Shown in pieces: positions 10,643 through 20,340 of a stretch of 64,000 nucleotides of DNA; within the stretch, counting starts at the first letter, position 1, and every line of letters starts with the position of its first letter. This DNA is from Betaproteobacteria bacterium. GTDB taxonomy: Bacteria; Pseudomonadota; Gammaproteobacteria; Burkholderiales; SG8-39. A model generated the notes under the pieces. The model was not told where the DNA came from. It worked only from the letters and a program-made list of their open reading frames with translations, and did not search any database. The position numbers and the translations under genes are program-made. The stretch lies in assembly GCA_947476535.1 (NCBI GenBank), contig CANJRC010000008.1, positions 845-64,844 on the forward strand. Direction: 5' to 3'.

Positions 10643-10713
10643 CTCGCTCTCCTGTGATGCCCGCCCTCATCGAGGTTAGTGCCCCTCCGGTCGGACAATA
10701 CGAACGTTTGTCG

Positions 10714-11733
10714 TTACTGGGGTTCTACGCCTGCCGCCCGCAGGGCCGCTGGCCAGTAGGCGTATTGCTTGGTGAGGAACTCCCCGAATTCACGTGACGT
10801 TCCGCCTTTTACGGAAACGCCATTGCCGGCAAGGCGCTCCCTGGTCTGGGCGTCGTCAAGGACTTTTGCGACGAGCGCATTAAGCCTGTCGACAAATGCA
10901 ACCGGCGTTCCCTTCGGCGCAAGCACCCCCCACCAGGAACCCGCATCCATGATGGACAAATCGACACCCGCCTCCTTGAACGTCGGCACCTCGGGCAGGA
11001 CCGCCGCCCGCGCGGCACCGGTCACGGCCAGCGCTCGCAATTGGCCTGAGAGGATCTGGGCACGGACCACCGTTGCAGAGGCGAAGGTCAATGGCACATG
11101 GCCGCCGACCACATCGGCCAGCGCCGGAGCAGCCCCCTTGTATGGAACCTCGACCATCTTTACACCAGTGCTCTGAAGCAGCGCGACGACCGCGAGATAG
11201 GGAGTACCCGCGCCTGCATGCGCAATGCTGATCGAGCCGGGCTTCGCAGCAGCAAGCGAAATCAGTTCCTTGACCGATGTGGCCGGCAGCGCAGGATGGG
11301 CGACGAGAACCAGCGGCGCCGAGCCGACAAAGGCGATCGGAACCAGGTCCGATTTCGGATCGTAGGCCAGGTTCTTGACCAGGGCGGGGCCAGTGGGCAG
11401 GCCCATATCTCCCAGCAACAGCGTGTATCCGTCGGGCTTTGCCTGCGCGACCAGACGTGTTCCGATGGTGCTGCCAGCACCGCCACGATTGTCGACAAGA
11501 ATCTGCTGCTGGATAAGCTCCGTGAGCTTCGACGCGATGATCCGCGCGACTGAATCTGTCGCCCCACCCGCCGGGTAGGACACCACCAGGGTGATCGGGC
11601 GGGCCGGATAGTCCTCCGCGGGAAAAACCGCTCCTGAAAGCGACCACAACAGGGCAGCGGCCCCGGCCAGCGCGACGCTCCGCCTGTCCATGCGCCCATC
11701 CAACTTCCCTTTCAGCCATTTAACGCACTTCAT
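10714..11733 (-). CDS. Bug/TctC tripartite tricarboxylate transporter substrate-binding protein
   Basis: YPARPITLVVSYPAGGATD, DNRGGAG, PDGYTLL, VPYKGAAPA, PEVPTFKEAG; AAGGAG RBS. Confidence 0.92.
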   Translation of the reverse strand: MKCVKWLKGKLDGRMDRRSVALAGAAALLWSLSGAVFPAEDYPARPITLVVSYPAGGATDSVARIIASKLTELIQQQILVDNRGGAGSTIGTRLVAQAKPDGYTLLLGDMGLPTGPALVKNLAYDPKSDLVPIAFVGSAPLVLVAHPALPATSVKELISLAAAKPGSISIAHAGAGTPYLAVVALLQSTGVKMVEVPYKGAAPALADVVGGHVPLTFASATVVRAQILSGQLRALAVTGAARAAVLPEVPTFKEAGVDLSIMDAGSWWGVLAPKGTPVAFVDRLNALVAKVLDDAQTRERLAGNGVSVKGGTSREFGEFLTKQYAYWPAALRAAGVEPQ

Positions 11734-11844
11734 TGTCCAATCTCCTTAATATTGCGCCGGGAACATACTGGTCATATCATCACAGCAGCATCGCATTACA
11801 GATGGCTTTCTCCTTGCGTCCATACAGTACTCGTGCGCAAGGCC

Positions 11845-12585
11845 CTACTCCTTCGCCGCCATCGGGAACCTCAACAATAGGGCTTCGAGTCCTATCTCAT
11901 CCGCCATCACTTCAATGGCGTCTCCAGCACTAACCCACATCAGTGAGTGCGTTGGAAAACTGTCGCGCCCCGTCACAAGGCAGCCATTGGCGACAAATAT
12001 GTACATCCCGCCGGACTCCGCGGTATCCGGGGTGGGTACCGACATGCCGGCACCCAGGCGCAATACGAAGGCCGCCAACCCGTCGGACTGCGCCTCGAAC
12101 AAGGGTTCAAGGCTGGACTGGTCCCGCGCAGCCCTGACGGGCTCGATACACAGGCTGACGTTGGCAACGGTGTATTGGCGCCTCTTGCCCGGCAGTACCC
12201 GTTGGCGGGATCCTGGTTCATCGCTATAGATAATCCGGCTGTCCTGTCGAGGACGCAGGGTCAGGTAGGAGAAGCCGGTGTTCCCGGCAGCGACGGGGCC
12301 ATAGGCGGAGTGATGATCCGCATAATGCACGCCAAGCTTCGTGATTTCGTGACGCCCGAGACGACCGCAACCGTCGAGAAAAACCTGAAATTGGTCTACT
12401 TCATGAAAATGCGGTTTGGTGACAGTGTCGGCCCCCATGTCGACGCGAAACGCCAATGGCGGCCCGTCTGTCGACGTCACGCCAAATGTCCCGAGATAAT
12501 TCGTGCGCCAGGACGGTCCGGCAATTGCACCCTGGATCCGCGCGCGCCGCTTCGCGACCTCTGCTGCCGAGACTGAAAGAATCAT
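11845..12585 (-). CDS. Hypothetical cupin-like protein
   Basis: PHFHEVDQFQVFLDGCG resembles cupin motif 1; HYADHHSAYGP follows. Confidence 0.6.
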   Translation of the reverse strand: MILSVSAAEVAKRRARIQGAIAGPSWRTNYLGTFGVTSTDGPPLAFRVDMGADTVTKPHFHEVDQFQVFLDGCGRLGRHEITKLGVHYADHHSAYGPVAAGNTGFSYLTLRPRQDSRIIYSDEPGSRQRVLPGKRRQYTVANVSLCIEPVRAARDQSSLEPLFEAQSDGLAAFVLRLGAGMSVPTPDTAESGGMYIFVANGCLVTGRDSFPTHSLMWVSAGDAIEVMADEIGLEALLLRFPMAAKE

Positions 12586-12630
12586 CTTTGCTTGCTGTAT
12601 TTGTTTGTTTTCGAAGACTGACGACCGCGC

Positions 12631-13809
12631 CTATTGTCCCGGAACAGTCGCCCTGGGAGCGAGCAGATCGGGCGTGATGTCGGATATCCGGCCGACCCCG
12701 CACAAATGCATGGTGCGGCGGAGTTCCTCCTCGAGGATAGACAGTGCGCGCGCCGCTCCCGCATCCCGCCCCGCGAAGGCTCCAAACAGCGTGGCACGGC
12801 CGATCAGCACTGCCTGGGCGCCACACGCCAGCGCCTTGAACACGTCTGCACCGTGCCTGATGCCTCCATCCAGCAATACCGCCAGACGGCCACCGGCGGC
12901 CGACACCACCCCCGGCAGCGCATCGATCGATGCGATGCAGCCGTCGAGTTGTCGGCCGCCGTGGTTCGAAACGACCACACCGTCACAGCCCAACCTGACC
13001 AGGGGCTCGACGTCGTCTCCCCGTATAACGCCCTTTACCAGCATCCTGCCCTTCCAGGCGTCACGGATCCCTTTCAGTCCGTCCCAATCAAATGCAGGAT
13101 CGTAGTTGCGGCCGACCGTTGAGGTGACCGCGACGACGTCGCCGCCCGGAACGAAGTCCGTCAGGTTGCCGAGTACCGGCTTACCGTGACGAATCATCGA
13201 CCAGGCCCAGGCAGGGCGGGAGGCAAAATCAGTCACGTTGCGCAGGGTGAACCGGAACGGATCCGCGAAATCGTTGCGCAGGTCCCGCAAGCGCCGGCCG
13301 CCAACCGGCAGGTCCACCGTGACGATCAAACATTCATAGCCAGCATCCTGCGCGCGCTGGATGAGGCTGTGTGTGAAGTCTCGCTGCTTGAACATGTAGC
13401 ACTGGAACCAGAGCCTCCCGCCGACCTGCCGCGCCATCTCCTCAATCGAGGGCGTTGCGGAGGTCGCCAACGAGTAAGGTATCCCGAACTGACGCGCTGC
13501 CTTAGCGATCGCGCAATCGGCTCCGTGCCAGCCCACCCCGGCGTGACCGGTCGGTGCGATCGCAATCGGCATTTCCACGCTCTTGCCGAAAATGTTCGTC
13601 TGCAGGTCCACTTTCGACGCTCCGCTGAGGATCTTAGGCATCAGGCGGATACGCGCAAAAGCAGCGACGTTATCGCGCAGCGTCAGCTCGCGCTCAGAGC
13701 CCCCGTCGAACACGTCAAACACGGCCCGTGGCAGGCGGCGTCGGGCAAGCCCACGCAGGTCTTCGATGCAGTACGCTCTGTCCAGGGATCGGGGCGCGTA
13801 CGAACTCAT
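12631..13809 (-). CDS. FMN-dependent alpha-hydroxy acid dehydrogenase/oxidase
   Basis: PIAIAPTG, LWFQCY, LIVTVDLP, VKGV, VVSNHGGRQLDG, DGGIRHGADVFKALACGA. Confidence 0.92.
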   Translation of the reverse strand: MSSYAPRSLDRAYCIEDLRGLARRRLPRAVFDVFDGGSERELTLRDNVAAFARIRLMPKILSGASKVDLQTNIFGKSVEMPIAIAPTGHAGVGWHGADCAIAKAARQFGIPYSLATSATPSIEEMARQVGGRLWFQCYMFKQRDFTHSLIQRAQDAGYECLIVTVDLPVGGRRLRDLRNDFADPFRFTLRNVTDFASRPAWAWSMIRHGKPVLGNLTDFVPGGDVVAVTSTVGRNYDPAFDWDGLKGIRDAWKGRMLVKGVIRGDDVEPLVRLGCDGVVVSNHGGRQLDGCIASIDALPGVVSAAGGRLAVLLDGGIRHGADVFKALACGAQAVLIGRATLFGAFAGRDAGAARALSILEEELRRTMHLCGVGRISDITPDLLAPRATVPGQ

Positions 13810-13847
13810 CGGCGCGACAGGATATTCACTCTTTGCGTCTTCGTCCG

Positions 13848-14861
13848 CTATTCGGGCTGGACACCGGCGGTCTTCAGCATGCGCGGCCAGTAATCGTACT
13901 GTCCCTCCATGAGACGGGTGAATTCATCGACACTGCTTCCCACCACGGATATGCCTCCCGCTGCATAGCGTTGCCTTACATCAGCATCACGTAGCGTCTC
14001 GTTGACAATGCCGTTCAGTTTCTGGATCACATCTCTTGGCGTTGCGGCCGGCACCATCAGGCCCCACCAAATGCCGGCATCCAGATTAGGCAAGTCGATG
14101 CCACTCTCCTTGAAGGTCGGTACATCGGGCAGGATCGCCGCTCGCTTGAGCCCAGTCATGGCAAGCGCGCGGACCTTGCCGGCCTTGGAGTGCTCGACGA
14201 CTGCATTGCTGATCTGGAACCCGACATGCACCTGGCCACCGATCACATCGGTTAGTGCCGGCCCCGCCCCTTTGTAGGGAACATAAACCATGTTTGTATG
14301 TGTTTCCTGCGCCAGCGCTATCATCGCCAAATAGGACATCCCGCTGCCAGGGTGCGCAAAATTGATCTGCCCCGGCTTGGACTTGGCAAGGGCAACCAGC
14401 TCCTGTACGTTCTTTGCAGGCACGGAAGGATGAGCAACCAATGTCAGCGGCGCAGTGACGACCCATACCACGGGGGCAAAATCTCGCTTCGCATCGAAAC
14501 TGGGATTCTTGAACAGCGCTGGCGTGGTCGGCAGGCTGGGGTCCGCCCAGAGCACGGTATAACCGTCCGCTGCCGCTCTGGCCACTGTTGCGGTGCCGAT
14601 TGTTCCTCCCGCACCGGCCCGGTTGTCCACAATGACTGGACGTCCCACAACATCGCCCATCTTTTGGGCCAGGATCCGTGACGCAGCGTCGCCACCACCG
14701 CCGGCGGGATAGGGCACCACAATGGTGATTTGCCTGCTCGGATAACTCTGTGCCGTGGCCACACCCGCGCCGCAGGCCAGACCGAATCCGGCGATCGACG
14801 CCGCAACGGCGAGAAAAATACTTCTCAACTTCAGGCCACTAACATTAGATCTTGTTCGCAC
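13848..14861 (-). CDS. Bug/TctC substrate-binding protein
   Basis: Signal peptide, YPSRQITIVVPYPAGG, DNRAGAGG, VPYKGAGPA, PDVPTFKESG. Confidence 0.92.
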   Translation of the reverse strand: MRTRSNVSGLKLRSIFLAVAASIAGFGLACGAGVATAQSYPSRQITIVVPYPAGGGGDAASRILAQKMGDVVGRPVIVDNRAGAGGTIGTATVARAAADGYTVLWADPSLPTTPALFKNPSFDAKRDFAPVVWVVTAPLTLVAHPSVPAKNVQELVALAKSKPGQINFAHPGSGMSYLAMIALAQETHTNMVYVPYKGAGPALTDVIGGQVHVGFQISNAVVEHSKAGKVRALAMTGLKRAAILPDVPTFKESGIDLPNLDAGIWWGLMVPAATPRDVIQKLNGIVNETLRDADVRQRYAAGGISVVGSSVDEFTRLMEGQYDYWPRMLKTAGVQPE

Positions 14862-15029
14862 GTTGGACTCCCCTCGCTTCGAATACCGACAATGTTCACC
14901 CTCGCCGGCTCAGGATGCTTGCTGTCGCCCGGTCGAGTTTCCTAGGTGAAGGGATTTTGGCCGCTATTGCCGCGAGAAGAAAGGTCCCCGAACCCACTTT
15001 TCTATTCCTACCAGGCACAAGAGTTGTTC

Positions 15030-16283
15030 TCAACGCGACGCAGACACCGCATCACGCGCCTTCAGTGCCTCTCGTACCGTTCGCGGCACCAGGGCTACCG
15101 TGGCCAGTGGTTTCATCGTTGGGTCCGTACTGCGAGTCGCTTTCTTATAAATTTCAAAAAATACCTGACCCACTGATGTTTCCATCCAGAACCAGTGCTC
15201 AATTTCAGCTGGAGAATGCCGGCCAGGCTGAACAGATTTTGCCTCGTAGTAGTACGCCTTTAATTCATCGGTCGCCAGCTTCAATGCGGCAGCAGCACCA
15301 ACATCAGGCCGATAGGAAGCCAGCTCCTCCTCACTCAATGAAGAGACCAGGAACTCCCCGATTGCCTGCGGTGACAATCCGGTCGCCCCTAGTGTCGTTC
15401 GTCCGCGGTGCCTGACCGATAGGTCATGCCACACCTGTAGCTGCGCGATTTCATCGGAGAGCCGCTCGGCAAGCGTGCCTTCGGACCGCAAGCGTGGAAA
15501 CGTGACGGGGCAGGACAGCCCTTCGGGCTCTGCACCCAGATCCTCATACGGAGCATCCTCGGGAAAATCCTCAAGGATGGGCCCAGCCTCCCGCTCCAGC
15601 AGCGACAGCGCCGCTGTCATCACCTTGCGCTGGAATTCAGAATCGTTTGGCACCCCCAGCGGGCGTCCGAGCATGAACGGCACCCACAGCGCTCGCGGCG
15701 GCTTGATCGCAGCCGTGTGCTCTCGTATCAGGCTGATGGAAACCGTGGGAATTCCCTCTTCTTCCAGGTAGTGCCCAAGTGCGCTCACGGCGCACGTACA
15801 GCGCGGTCAAACAGGTGTCAGCAACACCCCGTCCACATCATCCTCCTTGAGCAGGGCTGCCAGTTCGCGTGCCTTGCCCTCGTAGAGCGTGATTGGTGCG
15901 ATGGCGCCCATGAAAGAGTAGTGAAATGCCCCGACCGCACCCACCACTTTCTCCCGGACCAGTTCCCGCAACCGTTCCAGCGGAAACACGACATTCCAGT
16001 CCGATTGGAAGCCGGAGCGGTCATAGTTGACGGAAACATGGCTCATGATCACGTCTGCAGCGTATGTGCCCTCCGGAATGACCCGGTAATCCATACCCGC
16101 CCCCCCGGAGTCGAACGGGCGGTCGCCGCGCACGCACAGTCCTGCAGTCGTCACGATAGCCACGCGCCGTTGCGCCAGCGGCTTGCCGCGGACCCAGGGT
16201 TGGCCGGGAAGCGGCTGTAGCGTCGGTACTTTGCTGAGATGACTCTCCTGTTCCTCCGGCAACAGATCGGACAAGCGAACCAT
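15030..16283 (-). CDS. GrdB/PrdB-family (glycine/betaine/sarcosine/D-proline reductase component B-like) selenoprotein, Sec at the in-frame TGA 15809-15807; 417 aa
   Basis: The 158-aa and 252-aa ORFs are in one frame, joined as GVLLTPV-TGA-PRCTCAVSALGHYLEEEGIPTVSI (UxxC). Family motifs lie on both sides (RVAIVTTAG, DWNVVFPLERLREL, HYSFMG; EEEGIPTV, PPRALWVPFMLGRPLG). Confidence 0.88.
15779..15806 (-). promoter_or_regulatory. Candidate bacterial SECIS element
   Basis: mRNA reads UGA-CCGCGCUGUAC-GUGCGC-CGUGA-GCGCAC: an 11-nt spacer, then a 6-bp stem with a GU-containing loop. Confidence 0.7.
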
Positions 16284-16308
16284 AGGGTCCTCTCCTCTTT
16301 CGACTGGG

Positions 16309-18012
16309 CTAAGCTTCAGCTAAATGGTGCGTCAATGCCTCAGGATCGATGGTGACACCATAGTCGGTTCGCGCCGCTTCGATCGACACCCGGCCATCGC
16401 GCACATCGGCGATTACACGCTCGGACTCGCGCTCCCTGGGATCACCATAACCACCACCGCCGGGAAGTTCGAGCCGCACGCGGTCACCCGATTTCAGCCG
16501 GCTGGTACTGCCGTGAGCCAGGGGGTTACCGTTCAGTTCGAGGGATGTACCGCGGCCGCTTTTCCCACCGAGAATGCCATTCACGGGGCATAGAGAATCT
16601 TCGCCGCGCGGCGACCCGCGCGCGACCAGAATAACGTCACCAATGGGCGCAATCGACCCCTCGGCTACCTTGAACTCCACAACCTGACCCAACCCGCCGC
16701 GACGGCGCCCCGGCCCACCGGAATCGCACAACAGTTCCTTTCGCAGGTACACCACCGCGCTATCGTTCTCGGTGATTTCGATCGGTATGTTGGCAACATT
16801 GTGCGGATAGCACAGGCAGTCTTTACCGTCGATATTCGCCGAGGCACCGTAGCCGCCCTTGTCCGATTGCAGCGCGAGGAAATCCTGCCCGTCGTAACGA
16901 CGGCCGCGACAAACCACACTGCTGGCCGGCGCCGAACCACAAACGGCAATCACCCGATCCGCCAAAACGCCGGAGAGCGCATCGAACACCATTTCGGGAA
17001 GATAGTGCGAGACGACCGAGCGCCCCCAGGTTGGCGCCGGACGGGTGCAGTTCAGGACACTACCTGGCGGGGCAAAGAATTCGAACGACGCGATGCAACC
17101 ATCATTGTTCGGTATATGGGGGTCCAACAATTGCTTCAATGCATAGTAGGCATAGCCCTTGGCATAATTGATCGGCGAATTCACTGCCGCGGCGATCTCG
17201 GGCGATGAGCCGGTAAAGTCCAGGCGGATGCGATCCTGGCCGACCTCGATGGCCAGCACGAGCGGGATCGGATGGGGGTGGCGGCCGATGGGCGGCAGCA
17301 CAAGGGACGAGCGGTAGGTGCCGGCAGGAATGCTCCGTATTGCAGAGCGCATGCTTTCTTCGGAACGGGCAATGATCCGGTCGGCGATCCCTTCGATCGT
17401 CTCGCCCGGATAATCGTCAAGAATCTTGCCAAGGCTACGCTCGCAGATGTGGAGCGCGGACCGTTGAGCGTGAAGGTCACCATTAACCTTGTGTGGCGTG
17501 CGCACATTCCTCAACAGGAGCTGGACAACGCCATCGTTCTCCTTGCCCGCATCGAGATACTTGAGCGGAGGGATCTGGATACCTTCTTCATACACGTCGC
17601 GCGACTCGATATCCGACATTCGCCCGCCGATGTCGGAATGATGCACGACGCAGACCGCAAACCCGACCAATGCACCACGGTGAAAAAGCGGCCGTGCCAG
17701 GGTGACATCAAGGAGGTGTCCGGTAGCCATCCACGGGTCATTGGTTATGTAGACATCCCCCGGATTCATCGCGCCACTGAAGATGCGAATGAGATCCTGG
17801 ACTAGCGGCGTGATCACACCGATGAATCCGCTGGTCGTATGAGTTGAGTGCCCCAGCAACCGCCCCTTGCGATCGAAGACCCCCACGCAATAGTCGTGAT
17901 ACTCGCGCACATTGGGCGAATAGCACGAGCGCACCAATCCATTGGCTGCTTCGTCTACCGTCGCGATGAGCCGGTTCCAGAGAACGCTGAGACGTATGCT
18001 TTCGACACTCAT
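16309..18012 (-). CDS. Hydantoinase B/5-oxoprolinase family subunit
   Basis: SPNVREYHDYC, PGDVYITNDPWMATGHLLD, HHSDIGG, YEEGIQIPP, DSGGPGRRRGGLG, PGGGGYGDP. Confidence 0.93.
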   Translation of the reverse strand: MSVESIRLSVLWNRLIATVDEAANGLVRSCYSPNVREYHDYCVGVFDRKGRLLGHSTHTTSGFIGVITPLVQDLIRIFSGAMNPGDVYITNDPWMATGHLLDVTLARPLFHRGALVGFAVCVVHHSDIGGRMSDIESRDVYEEGIQIPPLKYLDAGKENDGVVQLLLRNVRTPHKVNGDLHAQRSALHICERSLGKILDDYPGETIEGIADRIIARSEESMRSAIRSIPAGTYRSSLVLPPIGRHPHPIPLVLAIEVGQDRIRLDFTGSSPEIAAAVNSPINYAKGYAYYALKQLLDPHIPNNDGCIASFEFFAPPGSVLNCTRPAPTWGRSVVSHYLPEMVFDALSGVLADRVIAVCGSAPASSVVCRGRRYDGQDFLALQSDKGGYGASANIDGKDCLCYPHNVANIPIEITENDSAVVYLRKELLCDSGGPGRRRGGLGQVVEFKVAEGSIAPIGDVILVARGSPRGEDSLCPVNGILGGKSGRGTSLELNGNPLAHGSTSRLKSGDRVRLELPGGGGYGDPRERESERVIADVRDGRVSIEAARTDYGVTIDPEALTHHLAEA

Positions 18013-18076
18013 AGACTGCCTTCCCGAGTAAAGTAACGCCCGCGGCCGGCGCAGCCCGTGACCCTGCGCTGCGAGT

Positions 18077-20137
18077 TCACGTCGTCAGGCCCACGCTGAT
18101 GATCAGCGCCGACGAAGCGTCGACCACGACGCGATCCCCCGGCCAGATCACGGTGGTCGATTCCCGCTCCTCGATGACTGCGGGACCGACAACCTCATCT
18201 CCCGCTGCGAGCGCACCGCGCTGTATCACTGCCACTGCCTCGCTCTTCTCCCCGAACCGGATAGTTCGCTGGCTCCTTGGCAGCGCATGCTCCGGCTGGA
18301 TGGCGGACCATTTCTGCTCGCATCCGGATTCTGCTGCCACCGCGACCCGAAGCGTCGATATCTCGAGCGGCCCGCCATCACCGCGCCGACCATAACGCCG
18401 CTCATACTCATCGCCAAATCCATCAAGCGCGGCGGAAGCAGTAGCCGCACCTTCCCAATTCCCGGAAATCTCGACCTCCACCGCGGACTCCTGACCGACG
18501 TGCCGGATTTCCACGTACCGTTCGATGACCATCTGGCCCGTAATTCCGCTTCTGGCACGGGTTTCGACCTCGATCTCACCAAACATCCGCTCGATCTCGG
18601 GAATCGCTACGCCCGAAAACGGGATCCTTATGGCACGACTGATTTCAAATGAGCGACGCGCCACCAGCAGTCCAAATGCGGACATGACCCCAGGCATCGG
18701 CGGTACGACCACGGTAGGGACTTCAAGCCGGCGAGCCAGAGCCACCGCATGCACGGGCCCTGCGCCACCGGTAGCAATCAGGGCACAGCGAGAGGGATCC
18801 TGACCATGCTCAGCCAAGTGAAGCCGCGCGGCCGAGGCCATGGTCTCAGTGACGAGATCGAGGATGCCCCATGCCGCTGCCTCGATGGAAATCCCCAGCG
18901 GCGCGGCCACATGGATGTCGATGGCACAGGCCGCGGCTTCACCGTCAAGCACAAATTCGCCACCGAGAAAGGAGGCTGGGCTGATGAACCCGAGAACCAC
19001 GTTCGCATCGGTGACTGTCGGGCGGGTTCCCCCACGGCCATAGCAGGCCGGCCCCGGCTCCGAACCTGCGCTCCGCGGGCCCACGGCGAGCAGGCCCAAC
19101 CCGTCGATGCCCGCGATGCTGCCGCCGCCGGCCCCTATCTCGAGGAGGTCGTACACTTGCACGGCGATCGGATAGCCGCTTCCCTTCCGGTAACGATGCA
19201 CGCGAGCGACTTCGAAGTCGCGAGTCCGCCCCACCTTGCCGTCCCGCACGAGACAGAGTTTTGCTGTAGTACCGCCCATGTCGAACGCCAGCACGCGATC
19301 GAGCCCCAACACGTTTCCGTAGTACCGGGCCGCCTCCACGCCGGCCGCAGGACCGGATTCGACCAACTGAATCGGATAGTCCTTGGCGATGTCGATCGGC
19401 GATATGCCGCCATTCGACAGCATCATCGACAGGGATTTGGCGTACGCGCGCTCATCGAGGCGCTCCTGGAGCCGGTCGATATATCCCGAAATGATCGGCT
19501 TGATGTAGGCGTCCAGGACAGTCGTGGACAGGCGTTCATACTCCCTCGGCCTGGAGACTACCTGATGTGAAAGCGAAACCTGCATGTCGGGTGCGACCGT
19601 CCTGATGACGTCCCGGGCACGCAACTCGTTGGCGGGATTTCTATAGGAGTGCAGGAACATCACAGCAATGGCACGGACTCCCTGGCGCTGGAAATCGCGG
19701 ACAATCCCGGCCAGTTCGTCTTCGTCAAGCGGAATACTCGTACCGTCAACGAAGGTCCGCTCGTGAACGGTGCGGCGCAACGATCGGGGAATGATCGGCT
19801 GCGGAAACTGCGGCTCAAGGTCGTAGACGTAATAGCGGGATTCACGGCCCATCTCCAGAAGGTCGCGAAAGCCCTCGGTCGTGACCAGGCCAGTCGCAGC
19901 TCCCTTGCCCTCGATGATGGCGTTCGTCACGAGGGTGGTGGCATGGACGATGTCGGCAGAGAACGAGGCCCCACCCAAGTCCCGCGCCTCCATCCGCCCG
20001 ATGCCGGTGAGGATCGCCTCTTCCGGATGGCGCGGCGTGGTCAGGCACTTGTCGACTGTGATCGCACCGGTGCCCTCATCGATCACCACGAAATCGGTAA
20101 ACGTCCCGCCTATGTCAACGCCAAGTCGAAGTGTCAT
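18077..20137 (-). CDS. Hydantoinase A/5-oxoprolinase family ATP-binding subunit
   Basis: GVDIGGTFTD, HATTLVTNA, TTEGFRD, ESGPAAG, DMGGTTAK, IGAGGGSIA, GPRSAGSEPGPACYG, PTVTDAN. Start placed at MTLRLG. Confidence 0.93.
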   Translation of the reverse strand: MTLRLGVDIGGTFTDFVVIDEGTGAITVDKCLTTPRHPEEAILTGIGRMEARDLGGASFSADIVHATTLVTNAIIEGKGAATGLVTTEGFRDLLEMGRESRYYVYDLEPQFPQPIIPRSLRRTVHERTFVDGTSIPLDEDELAGIVRDFQRQGVRAIAVMFLHSYRNPANELRARDVIRTVAPDMQVSLSHQVVSRPREYERLSTTVLDAYIKPIISGYIDRLQERLDERAYAKSLSMMLSNGGISPIDIAKDYPIQLVESGPAAGVEAARYYGNVLGLDRVLAFDMGGTTAKLCLVRDGKVGRTRDFEVARVHRYRKGSGYPIAVQVYDLLEIGAGGGSIAGIDGLGLLAVGPRSAGSEPGPACYGRGGTRPTVTDANVVLGFISPASFLGGEFVLDGEAAACAIDIHVAAPLGISIEAAAWGILDLVTETMASAARLHLAEHGQDPSRCALIATGGAGPVHAVALARRLEVPTVVVPPMPGVMSAFGLLVARRSFEISRAIRIPFSGVAIPEIERMFGEIEVETRARSGITGQMVIERYVEIRHVGQESAVEVEISGNWEGAATASAALDGFGDEYERRYGRRGDGGPLEISTLRVAVAAESGCEQKWSAIQPEHALPRSQRTIRFGEKSEAVAVIQRGALAAGDEVVGPAVIEERESTTVIWPGDRVVVDASSALIISVGLTT

Positions 20138-20340
20138 CTGGCCAATCTTTGTCTTCAAAGCACACGCAAAAGGGTCGACGCGCTGCATCGTGTTCGATTA
20201 CCCGTCTTCGCGACGGTAGTCGGGGAGGCTGTCCGCAGAAAGGGGCGAGGTGCCCGTCAGCGCAGGCTCAGACCCATTACAGCGTCAACACCGTCACGAG
20301 AGGACTGGGGCAGCCGGCTTCTACGGAGTATGCTGGCCTG

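Noticed and set aside
15030-15788. 252-aa ORF as a standalone gene, or the locus as a nonsense pseudogene
   Set aside because: No RBS before GTG 15788; the frame is continuous through a TGA at the family's UxxC site, with a SECIS-like hairpin.
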